64,000 bases of DNA from the NCBI GenBank assembly GCA_020348925.1, contig CP070758.1, forward strand, positions 1,896,030 through 1,960,029, written 5' to 3'. How positions within the stretch are numbered: the first letter of the stretch is position 1; each line of letters begins with the position of its first letter. Positions 21,101 to 33,800 of the stretch are shown piece after piece. The DNA is from Gemmatimonadota bacterium. Lineage in GTDB: Bacteria; JBHIER01; G020348925. The translations under genes were made by a program, and so were the position numbers. Below the pieces are notes generated by a model. It was not told the DNA's origin and searched no databases. It saw only the letters and a list, made by a program, of their open reading frames with translations.

Positions 21101-24100
21101 ACGCAGTCGGAAGCGTCATAGAGATATGTTTCACCAGGAGCCAGGATTGAAATCTCGCTGATTGTGGCGCGCAGACAGTCGCCCTGCTCCCGGAACCAGA
21201 TCTCCACCGAGGCGCACTCAACTCCGGCGTTCTGGATAGAGAGCCAGGAATTGAACCCTTGGGGCACATCGGCGTAGACAAGGGGCGCATAATAGGCGTA
21301 CCCGCCTGAGACAGGATCGGTCACACCCACCATCCCCTCACAAATACCGGAATAGGAAGAGGTAACAGGAACACCGGGTGTAGCATCGCCCGGTGCCGTT
21401 CGTTTCACCGTGGCGGTCAGGGGTTGGCCGTCAGGCTCCGTCGTTTCGTCCGGTTGAATCAAGGGCTCGTTTTGAAAGGACAGCAGGATGGCCGACCGGG
21501 CGAGGTCCGGAGATAGTACGGTCCACCCGGCGTTGGGGGGGAGCCACTGCTTGTTCCATGTATCCAGCGGACCGTTGTGATCAGGGGGACAGTTGCCGGC
21601 ATCTCCCCAGTATATTACGGCAACCCATGTCCCTTCCTGGCCTACGTTCTGGACACGAATCGAGGCCTCCCAACCTGACCAGCCAATTTCACTCACAACC
21701 GCGGGGGCGAGGATCCGGGTGCCGATCGCAGGCAAGGGCGAAGGGGAAGGTGGCGGCTCAGGGGTGCACTCGGGGAGGATCTCAAATTCAAACTCATTGA
21801 GCACTGTGAAGCTTTGAGAGCCGCCTATTTCGTCTCCAGGTAAGTCATGTCCCATTGTTGTACCCATCCGTCCGACTTCCACGGCAGCCAGTCCGAAGCC
21901 CCCGTCCTGGGTGGTGTGCGTGGCAGCAATCATGGCTGACCCCTCAAAACCCTCATTGATATATCCCCAGGCGTCGAAATTAATGTACTCCACCTGATTT
22001 TCGTTCAATCTTTCGCACACGTAGTCCAGCAGACCGCTTTCGTCATAAACGAGTATGGCAAAGTCCGTGTACCCTGGATTCGGATTGATATTCTGGATGG
22101 CGACTTCAGACGTCCACTCTCCTACGCCCTTGTCCAGGCCGGGCAGGGCCAACAGGCCGACCTCCGTATCCTCCAGAGACGGAAAGGCGTTGTACATCGT
22201 CGCCTCCCTCGGCTCGCTCCCGCTGTATCTCACGAGACCGACCACGGAGTGTATACCGGCCACGTCTCCGGAAGGACCGCATGCTGGCCACCAATTCTGC
22301 GAGGAGATGCGCGCCGCCCCCACATGGTGCCCGGGGAGCTCTTGTGTGGCGGACAGAACGAAGCTCTTCGATCCTTCCGGGCAGATCCAGCTCTCCTGTG
22401 TGTTGATGATGTTGCCACTGGCATCCATGAAATCCACCCAGACCAGGGCGTCGATCCCTGCGCTCAGATTTTGAACTGTGATTGTCGTCTCCCAGCCGTG
22501 ATACTCTCGAAAGAAGAGAGGCGCGTAATTGACCTCCGACCCCGAGGCGCTCGCCGGCAGCCCGACGTACGTCAAGAGCAGATCGTTGCCCACGTGGTCG
22601 ACCACAATGCCCAAGGGCTGCGAAGCTCTGAGCCAGGCCGACCCCGCAAATGAGGGTCCGACACTGTTCCTGGCATCGAATAGAACTGTTTCCCCAGGCG
22701 CTAAAAGTGGGACTTCACGGATCGTAGCCTGCTGACAATCATCCTGCCCCCTGAACCAGATCTCAACGGAGGTACATTCGTCACCCGAGTTCTGGATATT
22801 CAGCCAGGAGGTGAATCCGTTGTCCCCGTCGGCGTACACCAGAGGCGCAAAGTAACCGTAACCGCCCACATAGGGATCGTACACGCCTTCTACCTCTTCG
22901 GAGATCCCGGAATAGGATGAATTGACGGATACCCCGGGTTCGACATCCCCGGGTCCTGAGCGACGAACAGTGACGGCCAGGGGCGGATCATCGAAAAGAC
23001 CGAAATCGAAACCGGACCACGTCGAGCCCTCCCGAAAAGCCCTGTCGAAGCGACGCCATTCGTCATCATCCCCGATCACGTCTGATCCGAGGGATGCACA
23101 CACTCCGTCAGCAAAAATATCCTCGCCAGTCTCCCCACCACTCAGTGAGTAGACAATGCCTGAAATCGCTCCACCCAAAATTCCCGAACCCCTAAATCGC
23201 CAGGCGGTGCCGGGTTTCAACATCCCACTGCAGGCCACTCTCAGGGGACCAACGGCTTGAGGAGGACAGGGACCGGACTCACCCCACAACACCAGGGCCA
23301 CCTTCGCATAGACCTCCCCTACATTCTGAACTTCAATCCAGGGGTCGACCCCCGCATCGTTATCGCCAATAGCGCCCAGGACCGGTAACTGGATGCGGGT
23401 CCCCCCTGTGGCCAGTGGTGTCGGTGTATACGGTGGCTGGGGAAAAGGTTCAGGAATCTCTTCAAAGGCAGTGCCGTCGAATACGGGCAGACCCGGGGAT
23501 CCGGATACTTCGTCACCAGGGATGTGCCAGCCAAAGGCCGTGCCCCACCGCTCGAGGGCCATGGTTGCCAGAGCGTAGCCGCCGCTCTGGGTCGTTGAAA
23601 GAGCCGAGATAACAGCCATGCCGACAAAACCGGGACTGATGACATCCCACGTATTGAGGTCGATGTACTTCACCTGATTGGCCTCTATACTCTCGGATAC
23701 GGAGTCCAGAAAACCGTTCTGATCGTAAATGAGGACGGCGAGATCGGTGATCCCCGGACTGGGGTTGAGGTTCTGGATGGCAATCCCGGAGATCCACCCC
23801 TGTGCATCCTTGTGAAGGCCGGGAAAGGCCACCACATCCACATCAGTAACCCAATGAGATGGAAGCGCATTGTACGCCACCGCCTCCATCATAACATTCC
23901 CATCGTATTTAACAAGACTCACCACAGACTGAACATTCCAGTCCTGAGACTCCACCCGAACTGCGCCCACTTCCTGTCCGGGCAGGGTGCCGATGACAGG
24001 AAGAGTAAAATCCTCAGCCCCTCCCGGGCAGATCGCACCATCCATGGTAACAATGACACTCCCGTCCGCCTCCAGAAAATCGACCTGGATCACTGTGGAG

Positions 24101-26904
24101 ACCGTTGAGCTCAGGTTCTGAACCGTGATGATGGTTTCCCAGCCCCGATCCTCCCGAAAAATCAAGGGGGCATAGTTGACCGGCGATCCGGCGGTGAAAT
24201 CCGACTCCGGAACATCGGCCGGCACACCGGTGTACGTCATGAGCATATCATTCCCGATCTGATCGACCACGATTCCCAGTGGTTGTGAGGACCTCAACCG
24301 CGTTGAGCCGACGAATCCCGGTCCCACGCAGTACATGGCACCGAACCCAACTGTCTCACCCGGTGCCAGAAATGGAATTTCGCAGATCGTCGCCTGCTGA
24401 CAGTCATCCCGCCTCCGGAACCAGAGTTCCACCGAAGTACACTCGTCCCCTGAGTTTTGAATATACAACCAGGAGGTGATTCCATTGGCTGCACCGGCAT
24501 AGACGAGAGACGCATAATAGCTGTAACCGCCAAAGACAGGATCGTAGACGCCCTCCACCTCCCCGCAGATCCCTGAATACGAGGAATTAACAGATACCCC
24601 AGGGGTATCATCCCCGGGTCCGGTGCGACGAACCGTCACCGCCAGGTCCGGACTTTGATACAGGCCGAAGTCGAAGCCGAACCACGTCAAATCCTCCCGA
24701 AAGGCCCTGTCGAAGCGGCGCCACTCGTCATCATCCCCCATCACATTCTCGTACAGGGCTTCACAGACGGCATCTGCGAAGATATCTCCTCCAGCTTCCC
24801 CGGCGTTCAGGGAGTAGACAATGGCCGATTTCGCTCCAATTGGAATCTGGGCGTCTTTGAAGTGCCAGGCGGTGCCGGGTTTCAACAGCCCACTGCACTC
24901 CACCTTCACAGGTCCATTGGCCTGAGGGGGACAGTCGCCGGACTCACCCCACACCACCAGAACCGACTTCGCATAGGCATGACCAACATTCTGAACCTCG
25001 ATCCATGTACGGGCAATATCGTCCTCTCCAAGATAGTTTAAAATAGGGACCTGGATACGGGTACCTCCCGAGGTAGGCGGCACAGGTGTGGGCGGTGGCT
25101 GCGGAGAGGGCTCAGGAATCTCTTCAAAGGCAGTGCCGTCGAATACGGGCAGACCCGGGGATGCGGATACTTCGTCGCCAGGTATGTCCCAGCCAAGCGC
25201 CGTGCCCTGCCGCTCGATGGCCAGGGCCGCCAGAGCGTAGCCACCGCTCTGGGTCGTTGCCGTGGCCGAGATGAGGGCCATACCCACAAAACCGGGATTG
25301 ATGGCATCCCACGTGTTGAGGTTAATGTACTTCACCATATCGGCCTCTATACTCTCGGAACCGTAGCCAAGAAAACCGTTCTGATCGTAAATGAGGACGG
25401 CGAGATCGGTGATCCCTGGATTGGAATTGAGGTTCTGGATGGCGATCTCGGAGATCACCCCATACGTACCCATCGCCTTCGCGACAAGAGGAAAAGCGAT
25501 CATTCCCACATCAGCGACCATCTGAGATGAAAAAGCATTGTAAGCCAACGCCTCCAGCGCTTGCGTCTTGGCGGGATCGGAGTACTTGATCAATTGAACG
25601 ACGGTTACGACGTTCTGTGGTTGTTGAGAGTCCATTTGGTGACTCTCAATACGTGCTGCGCCCACGTCGTGACCGGGAAGATTGTTACTGACGGGTAGGG
25701 TGAAAGTCTTTGATCCATTCCGGCAGATCCAATCCTCCATTGTGGTAATGATGTTCCCTTCGTCGTCCAGGAAGTCGACCGTTACATAGGTGGGCGATGA
25801 TGTTGAAGTCAAGTTCTGAACTGTGATGTTTGTTTCCCAGCCATTGTACTCTCGAAAGATGAGGGGTGCATAATTGACGAGCGAACCGGCGCCGTCGAAA
25901 TAAGGTTCGCCGTTGTAAGTCATCAGCAGGTCGTTGCCCACCTGATCCACGATGATTCCCAGGGGCTCATTGGCCGTGATGTAAACATTCCCCAGCCAGG
26001 GAGCATCAATTTCCGGCGACCTGAAAGGTACATCAGCCTCAGTGATTGGCCCAATGGAGATGGCCTCGCCCGGCGCCAAAAACTCGATGTGCTGGGCCAC
26101 CATGAGCTCGCAGTTTCCGTCCTCCTTGAAGTAAAGCCAGATAGAAGTGCAATCGTCACCCGAGTTCTGGATGGTGATGATGCTGGACAGGCCGTTATAG
26201 CCGTGCATGATGCGGGGTGCGAAGTACCCGTAGGGTGGACCGAGACCCTCCATGTCTTCGGAGATACCCGTGTATGAAGCGTTGACGGATACACCAGGTG
26301 TGACATCACCGGGTGCATCACGTTTGACCGTCACAACCACGGGTTGGCCTTCGTGCGCCGCGAAGTCGAAGCCCGACCAGGTTGAACCCTCCCGAAAAGC
26401 GATGTCAAAGCTGCGCCATTCGTCATGGTTCCCGAGGACCGTCTCAAAAAGAGCTTCGCAGACGGCATCGGCGAAGATGTCCCCCCCGGTCTGCTCCACG
26501 TTCAGCGTATAGACGATGCCCGACTTCGCCCAGAATGGAATCTGGGAGCCTTTGAAGTACCAGGCAGTGCCTGGCCTCAACAGGCCGCTGCACTCCACCT
26601 TCCAAGGACCGCTGGCCTGGGGTGGACACAGGCCGGACTCACCCCACAATACCAGGACAGCTTTGGTGTAAGTTACACCCACATTCTGCACTTCGACCCA
26701 GGCCTCGGCAACATTGTTCTCCCCGAGGTAGTTTAATACGGGCACCTGGATGCGCGTACCGCTCGCGTCCGGAGGCATAGAGACAGGCATCCCGTTCCTC
26801 TCGCCGGTTCCCATATCGCCAGCCACACGAGTTGTCAGCATAAGAAGCAGACCCATTCCCAGAAAAAAAGCGATACGTAATAACGGCTCAGATTGTTTCT
26901 CCAT
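18150..26904 (-). CDS. Giant secreted repeat protein (>2900 aa, 3' end lost in gap): four ~555-aa tandem units, short beta-helix, Cys-rich tail
   Basis: Signal peptide; units start GTRIQVPVL/GTRIQVPIL/GTRIQLPVL/GTRILAPAV separated by Pro-rich linkers; FDTIQNGHDAV...VDAENNYWD beta-helix-like segment. Confidence 0.85.
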
Positions 26905-27018
26905 TTAGCAACCCCTTTCTTCAGAACACTTCGAGTCCTTCACTGAATAGTACGTTGCTCATTTTCTATGTTTGAAATCGTTATTGGAAGCAATCGTGAT
27001 TCTATAAATGCTACGTAA

Positions 27019-27047
27019 AGATTAGTAATACAGAAACTTGTTGTCAA
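27019..27047 (-). promoter_or_regulatory. Sigma70-like promoter for the giant gene
   Basis: TTGACA-17 nt-TAATCT on the minus strand. Confidence 0.5.
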
Positions 27048-27167
27048 GCTTTTTCTGTGTCTGTGAAGAATCCTTCAGACCGTTTCTACCGATTGTTCTT
27101 TTATTCTCCGAATTTTTTAAAATGTACGGTCGTCACACAAATTTGTTGAGGGTACAATGCCCTCGAA

Positions 27168-27202
27168 CAAAAAATACCGCCCCGGCTTGACATTCGGGAC
27201 GG
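27168..27202 (-). terminator. Possible rho-independent terminator
   Basis: Minus strand CCGTCCCG-loop-CGGGGCGG then TATTTTTTG. Confidence 0.45.
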
Positions 27203-27473
27203 CCTATTACAAAATAGTTGGAAAAAACAGCAGGTACTTCACCAGAAACACCTTCTCTATTATTATATTTTCAATTATCGCTATCCTGATCCCAAAATGT
27301 ATATTCATCTAATCCAACAATCATCGTATGCTTCCCCTCCGATCATTGTGCAATGATAAACCGTGCCATCAGACTGCATTTACAAAAGTGAAGAATTTCA
27401 AACTTATTCAGTACTTTTACTCCAGTAGGAACAGTCTTAGTTTGTGTCAAAAAGTGTAGAATTCAACTCTTAA

Positions 27474-27573
27474 NNNNNNNNNNNNNNNNNNNNNNNNNNN
27501 NNNNNNNNNNNNNNNNNNNNNNNNNNNNNNNNNNNNNNNNNNNNNNNNNNNNNNNNNNNNNNNNNNNNNNNNN
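27474..27573. other. Assembly gap (100 N)
   Basis: N run. Confidence 0.99.
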
Positions 27574-27771
27574 CATGAGATCGATGAGGATGAGGTCGTA
27601 GGGCGATTCTTTCGCTTTGGCCAGGCCCTCGTTTCCGTTCTCGGCCGTCTCGACCTCGAACCCTTCGCTCTGGAGAATCCGACGACAGCCTTCGCGAATA
27701 CCGCGTTCGTCATCGACGACGAGGATGCGTTCTTTTTCCTTCGTTGATTGGGTCGGTGTGGAGTTACTCAT
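27574..27771 (-). CDS. Response regulator (receiver domain; truncated by gap)
   Basis: RILVVDDE...YDLILIDLM. Confidence 0.88.
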
Positions 27772-27839
27772 GGCATTGATACGTAATATTTACAAGGTCG
27801 TGAGCACCATGTGGACTATTGGATCGTGCTGATGCCGGC

Positions 27840-28256
27840 CTATTCCGATGCCCCCTCTTCCTCCGTTTTTTCCAAGAGTTTTTCGATTCTCGCCACCAGC
27901 TCGGTCGGTAAAAGCGGTTTTTCGGCAAAGTCGTCGGTCTTCATCCAATAGCCATCCTCCTCCAGAGAGAATTGATAGCCGGTGGCATCCGCCACGGAAG
28001 TCAGCATGAGAATGGGAATGTGTTTGAGGTTCGGATCCGCTTTCAAATTTTTCGCAAAGGTGAATCCCGAATCATGCTTCTCCATCATCAGATCGAGTAC
28101 TATAGCGTCCGGCCGTTCCAGTTTGACCGTCTCGAGACCTTCTTTGCCGCTGAAAGCGGTGACGACCTCATAGCCCTGATGTTCCAGAACCGCTCTGTTC
28201 ATGTCCACGAAATCGACATCATTATCGACCAGCAAAATTTTCGATTTTTTTCCCAC
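27840..28256 (-). CDS. Single-domain response regulator
   Basis: KILLVDND, IVLDLMM, PILMLTS, FAEKP. Confidence 0.9.
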   Translation of the reverse strand: MGKKSKILLVDNDVDFVDMNRAVLEHQGYEVVTAFSGKEGLETVKLERPDAIVLDLMMEKHDSGFTFAKNLKADPNLKHIPILMLTSVADATGYQFSLEEDGYWMKTDDFAEKPLLPTELVARIEKLLEKTEEEGASE

Positions 28257-28258
28257 CG

Positions 28259-30319
28259 TTAGACTCCTCCTATCATGGCGGGGCTTTCGTTCCCCGTAAC
28301 AGTATGCATCAGCCTTGCGTCCCCCTCCTCAAGCACTGGGAGCGTCATAATAAACGTTGACCCTACTCCGATCTCACTGCGGACATCAATGGTTCCGCCG
28401 TGGCGATCGATAATCCCGTAGGCGATGGCGAGGCCAAGGCCTGTTCCCCTCTCCTTCGTCGTGAAAAAAGGATCGAAGAGTTTGTTCAGGGTCTCTTCGG
28501 GAATTCCGGGCCCTGTATCGGTCACCGCTATTTCGACCCTTTTTCTGTCTTGCAGAAGTTTCGTTCGAACCCTCAATTCTCCCGCTCCCTCCATGGCTTG
28601 TGCTCCGTTGAGGATAATATTCAAGAAGACCTGTTTCAATTGAGCCGCGTCGACGAACATGGTCGGGAGAAGGGGATCAAGCTCCTTCTTTAACGTGACG
28701 TTAAAGAACAACGATTGATTCTGAATAAGACCGAATACATCATCGATGATGGCATTGAGATTGATCATGCCGGGTTTGAGCACTGTCTCCCTGGCGAAGC
28801 TCAGGAGGCCCTTGACGATCTCCTTGGCTCTGGCCGACTCCTCAATGACCATCTGTAAATCCTCTCTCCTGGGATCGTCCTCTTCCAAGCTCTTCATCAT
28901 CATGTGGGAGAAGATTGTAATCGTTCCCAGGGGATTGTTGATCTCGTGGGCGACACCTGCGGCCAATTGTCCGATGGAGGCGAGCTTTTCCGTTAGTATG
29001 AGCTGCTGGTGGGCCTGTTCCAATTCATGGTGCGCCTGTTGCAGCTCTTTATGGGAAACCTCCAGCTCTTCGTAAATCTTTCTCGATTGTTCCAACAGAT
29101 AGGGGAGGCACATCTCTATCTCCGCCAGTCCCTGGAGGACGGCTATGGCCTTTTCGCGGCAGGTGCGGTAACCGCAGGCCTCGCAGTCGAGGTTGTTGTA
29201 AGGTTCCGTCTTGTTGATTTTTTCGAGGACTTCTTGAATCTCCTCCTCCGAAGGGACGGGCAACTTTACATCCTGAACCGTGAATTCACGGTGAAGATCG
29301 AGAGGTGAGAATCGGTCCATTTCTTGTTCGGTGCGTTCGGAATCCTGATGGGCGGTCTCTTCTTTCGTATAGTGGGCTACAATCTGTCGCCCCCCCAGGA
29401 TGGAGATATCCTTGTCCCGGATGGGGCCGTCGATGCAGCCTTCGCAGAAGAGCACGTCGAGGAACTTGAGCGACACAGACCCGGATTGAATCTGGTGAAT
29501 GGCTCGCCCTGAGCGATATTTTCCCGCTGTGATGCTGACTTCCTCGTTCGTCACATCAAAATGCACCCCGATACTCTGCAGGAGTCCTCCGGAAACAGCC
29601 GTCATCCGCGCCAGATAGGGTTTGGGGCCGTCGAATTCCGACTCCTCTAAAGTTTCCCGCTCTATCTCCTGTTCATCCAATAAGTTTTTAATCTCATAGA
29701 AGGTAATAACCTGATCGACAAATCCGGCCACATGCGGGTCCTGTATTTCCCCGATGCGGGCCATACATGGACCGATATAGACGACCTTGGCCTCAGGATC
29801 GTATTTTTCCTTGATCACTTTACCCAGAGCGATCATGGGGGAGACGATGGGCGCCAGGTTCCGCACCAGCTCCGGTGCAAACTTCTCGATGTAGGACACG
29901 ATGGCCGGGCAGAAAGAAGATATGATCGGACCTTCCGTATGGTTCTGGAGCACGTTTCGATAGGCCCTGCAGACCAGTTCGGCCCCGAAGGCCACCTTCC
30001 ATACTTCATCGAAACCGAGGGTCTTCAAGGCCGATACCAGTTGCCTCGGGGTGCCCTGGTCGAGGATGGCGGGGAATGACGGATCGAGACAGGCGATGGT
30101 CTTCACGTCACTCTGGAGGTACTGGAGAACTTGTGAGATACCGGTCCTGTAGCTCCGAGCATTCTGCGGACAGATTTTTACGCAACTCCCGCACAGGATG
30201 CACCGCTCCTCGATGGTTATGACACAGCTCTTTGAAATTTTGATGGCATTTGCCGGGCAGGTTCGAACGCAGGAATAACACCGCCTGCATCTGTCCCCCA
30301 CCGTATAAATCGTGGCCAT
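28259..30319 (-). CDS. [FeFe]-hydrogenase-like (group C-type) sensor fused to histidine kinase
   Basis: 2x CxxCxxCxxxCP; H-domain motifs [25 protein letters not shown]; FeS domain [17 protein letters not shown]-box, [20 protein letters not shown]. Confidence 0.88.
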   Translation of the reverse strand: MATIYTVGDRCRRCYSCVRTCPANAIKISKSCVITIEERCILCGSCVKICPQNARSYRTGISQVLQYLQSDVKTIACLDPSFPAILDQGTPRQLVSALKTLGFDEVWKVAFGAELVCRAYRNVLQNHTEGPIISSFCPAIVSYIEKFAPELVRNLAPIVSPMIALGKVIKEKYDPEAKVVYIGPCMARIGEIQDPHVAGFVDQVITFYEIKNLLDEQEIERETLEESEFDGPKPYLARMTAVSGGLLQSIGVHFDVTNEEVSITAGKYRSGRAIHQIQSGSVSLKFLDVLFCEGCIDGPIRDKDISILGGRQIVAHYTKEETAHQDSERTEQEMDRFSPLDLHREFTVQDVKLPVPSEEEIQEVLEKINKTEPYNNLDCEACGYRTCREKAIAVLQGLAEIEMCLPYLLEQSRKIYEELEVSHKELQQAHHELEQAHQQLILTEKLASIGQLAAGVAHEINNPLGTITIFSHMMMKSLEEDDPRREDLQMVIEESARAKEIVKGLLSFARETVLKPGMINLNAIIDDVFGLIQNQSLFFNVTLKKELDPLLPTMFVDAAQLKQVFLNIILNGAQAMEGAGELRVRTKLLQDRKRVEIAVTDTGPGIPEETLNKLFDPFFTTKERGTGLGLAIAYGIIDRHGGTIDVRSEIGVGSTFIMTLPVLEEGDARLMHTVTGNESPAMIGGV

Positions 30320-30354
30320 AGATGTCCGAGCCTCCTATCTTTGCCGAAAGTCTT

Positions 30355-30383
30355 AATTTATAATATGTTTCGCTTGAAGTCAA
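30355..30383 (-). promoter_or_regulatory. Sigma70-like promoter of the sensor kinase operon
   Basis: TTGACT-17 nt-TAAATT on the minus strand. Confidence 0.45.
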
Positions 30384-30818
30384 GATTAAACATAGAGACC
30401 CTGAGAAAGAGAATATGGATATCTGTTGGGGAGGTTAATACTTGGAGTTTTTATATTTTAAACTAAATGAGGTTTCTAAACATGTGGTTTACCCGGTGTT
30501 TTTAGAGGGACTGCGAAATCTTTGTTTCGCTTTGGAAAGCGGAGACACATCACCGCACACCATAATTGAGTCGAAATCGCAGGTTCTGTTCGGGTGGGAG
30601 TCACACTTCCGTCCGTTTTCGTTCAATAATGGAGAATTGAGGGGGTGTGTTCGATAGGAATCTCCGAATGAATTTGGAGTCTTGAAGATTAATCGGGAAG
30701 CTCCTCTCGATGTCTCCTTCAGAGAATCCAACTCCTGTCCCAGCACCATGCATCCCAGCAGCCTTGCTCCTCTACTCTCTCTGCATTCTTGCTTCTTGTG
30801 TCCGTCTTGTCTCCGAAG

Positions 30819-33800
30819 TTACTTGATCATCACCATCCGCTTCGTGGCTGAGAAGTTGCCCGCTTTCATTTGGTAAAAGTAGACGCCTCCGGGAACCTCG
30901 TTCCCTTTCACGTTACGTCCGTCCCAGGTCGCCGTGAAGAAGCCAGGCTCCTTCTCCTCATCCACCAGCGTCAGCACCTCCTGCCCAATGATATTATAGA
31001 TTTTCAAGGTAGTGTGGATGGGTGATCTACTATCTGGTATCTGATATCTAATATCTGTGCAGGAATTGAACGGGGTCGGGTAGTTCTGAGAGAGAGAGTA
31101 CTCGGAAGGTGTGTGGGCTCGTCTCACGAGAGCCATGAAATGCGTATATTCTTCGGTTGAAAGGAGAGATTCCAGCGAGTTACAGTACGATAGAACAGCC
31201 GGGGAAACAATCGATGGGCAGCCTTTGAGCGGATATTGCGGGTTGATTCCCAGGATAACGTTCACTATGGACAGAGCGTCCGGGATGCTCACACTTCCAT
31301 CCCCGTTGTAATCGGCCCTGCACTGTTCACCCGCTGTTGGCTCCGGGAATTGATCGAGAATAATTTGAATACACCGTATGGCATCCTGAACATTGATGTC
31401 ACAGTCCGCGATGACATCTCCTTTGACACAATAGTCGGAAGATACCTCGAAAGCGCACTCGGCCGAAGGGCTTCGATTTCCGGCCAGGTCGCAGGCCCAC
31501 ACCCAGAAAGTACGAATCCCTTCGGGCAGTTTATTATACGAAACACACTGCGTGGGGAGACACTCAGACGGTTTTTGGTCAACTCCCACCAGCATGCAGG
31601 AAAATCTCAAGCTGTCGTCCGGAGTGTACGTATCCTGGCCGGTAAAACATATCCGGATATTTCCGCAGACCTCTATGGGATCCTCGGTATAGTCAGCTAT
31701 GGCGCACGTCGGTTTCGTCACGTCGATACAGAAAGGACCGAAATGGACGACCTCCGGTTCCGTCTGCCAATTCCCCACAATGTCGACACTTCGAATGTGA
31801 AAAAAGTGGCAACCTTCGTTCAGAGTGTGACAGGTGTATTCGATCCCTGCCGGCACAAAATCCGCGGTCGTATCGGGCTCTGGGATCGACGTGGAATCGG
31901 TATCCCAGAGTATCGAATACCCGAGAAGCCCACATGCATCGGGACCGTCACTGGCATCGACCCACGTGATACAGACCTCATTTTCGTCGGACCAGACACC
32001 GGGTGTATGGCTCACGCCTGCCAAATATTTCGGAGCACCTGGTGGAACCGTATCTTTATAAAATTGTAAGATCCAGTTCCCCGATCCACCAGCCACATTT
32101 CCACAATCATCCTCGGCTTTAAAATGTAAGGAATGACTTCCATCAGACAGGGACAGGAAAAGTGATTCGGCCAGAGACCAGCTCTTTTGTTCCCAAGAAG
32201 CACCTGACCGGTTGGAAAAGAGGGAGGTCCAGAGACCGGAATCGAGCGCGTACCAGCCTTCGTCTAAACCACAGTTATCATGAAAGCCAAGATAGGGAAT
32301 GTGTGGCGGACCATTCCAGCAGAGATGTTCAGGGCCGTCGATTTGAAAGGTTGGTACTTCGTCATCGTCAACAGTCACGTCTTGGGTGCACGTAACGCCG
32401 TTCCCTGGTGGGTCAGTCACCGTCCATGTGACAGTAGTTTTCCCCAGGGCGAAGAGGGCAGGGGCATCATTGGTTACCGTAAGATTCGTATCGCATCGAT
32501 CGGATACTGCCGGTATCCCGAGGTCAACTGCGCTGGCCGTGCACGCACCCTGATCCGTGTTCACGGTCACGGCCGCCGGGGGTGTGACGTTGGGCGGTGT
32601 GGTGTCTTCGATGGTGATCGTCTGTTGACATTGTGTGCTGTTGCCACCAGCGTCAGTGGCAGTCCAGGTCCGGCTGACCGCGACCGTACTATTCTCATCG
32701 GAATATGTGATGGTCGGATTTTCATCATAATTGTCAGTTGCTGAGGCAGATCCTGTGCAAGTCGGATGGATTGAGTCACCGCATTCGATGGTGGTGTCGA
32801 TGGGGCAGGTGATCGCCGGCGGTGTGGTATCGATTATGAATTCCCAAACGCTGCTCCAGTCGCTGTTGTTGGTGGCGTTATCCCGGGCGAGAGCTTTCCA
32901 GTAATAATGACCTTCACCCAACGTGGGCGTGTAGGATGTGCTCGATGTGTAGGCACTTTTCACATAGGGAGTGGAAAAATCCGGCTCATCATCCATGAGG
33001 ATTCGGTAGTTCTTGATACCACTGCCAGGTTCAGGTTCGGAGGAGGTGGACCACGTGAGTGTGACATTCATATCATTCATATGTGCCCCGTCAACAGGGG
33101 ATATCAGTGAGGGTGTTTCGGGTGCTGTCGTGTCGTACATGGTTGAATCGTCGCCGGCATCCGGGGTGATCGGCTCGGTATTGTTCGCGGAGTCAGTGGC
33201 CACAGTTTGAAAGTAGTATGGTCCGTCCCCAGAGGGAGGAGTGAAGATGAAAGAGCCTGTGGTGCCGACGGCGGAATCCCCAGTGCTGTAGATCCACATA
33301 CCATCAATGTCGTATTTAAAGTAGAGCTTTGTACAGAAAACGCCGCTGCCGACCGAATCGTCCGCCGTCCATGTTAGATCAATCGTACCGTCGTTGTCAT
33401 AGTCGGGGGAGGAGCAGCCTGAGGTGGGAGGTGTCGTGTCTATTTCCAGTTCCCAAACTTCGCTCCACTCACTCTGGTTCCCTCCATTGTCTTTGGCATA
33501 GACCCTCCAGTAGAAGTATCCTTCATAGAGTGTGGGTGCATAGTATGTATTCGAGGTGGTATATTCTTTTACACGAGGCGCGGTGAATGTCGAGTCATCG
33601 TCGATGTAGATACGGTAATTCTTGATACCGCTCCCTCCGGGATCGGCGGGCTCACTCCAGGTGAACACAGGCGTCACGTCGTTCGTTTTTAAGTGATCGG
33701 AAGGTGAAATAAGAGAGGGAGGATCGGGTGGCTGGTCATCAGTAAGAAATTGCCGGTTTTCGTTGCTCGACTCTGTCTCAATAGAGACCGTGTCTGAGTA

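Noticed and set aside
20200-26760. Diversity-generating retroelement template/variable repeats
   Set aside because: The repeats are in-frame domain duplications, I saw no adenine-specific mismatch pattern, and no reverse transcriptase is in the window
27348-27370. Sigma54 promoter on the minus strand (TGGCACG)
   Set aside because: The -24 box matches but the -12 position reads ATCA, and no substantial ORF follows
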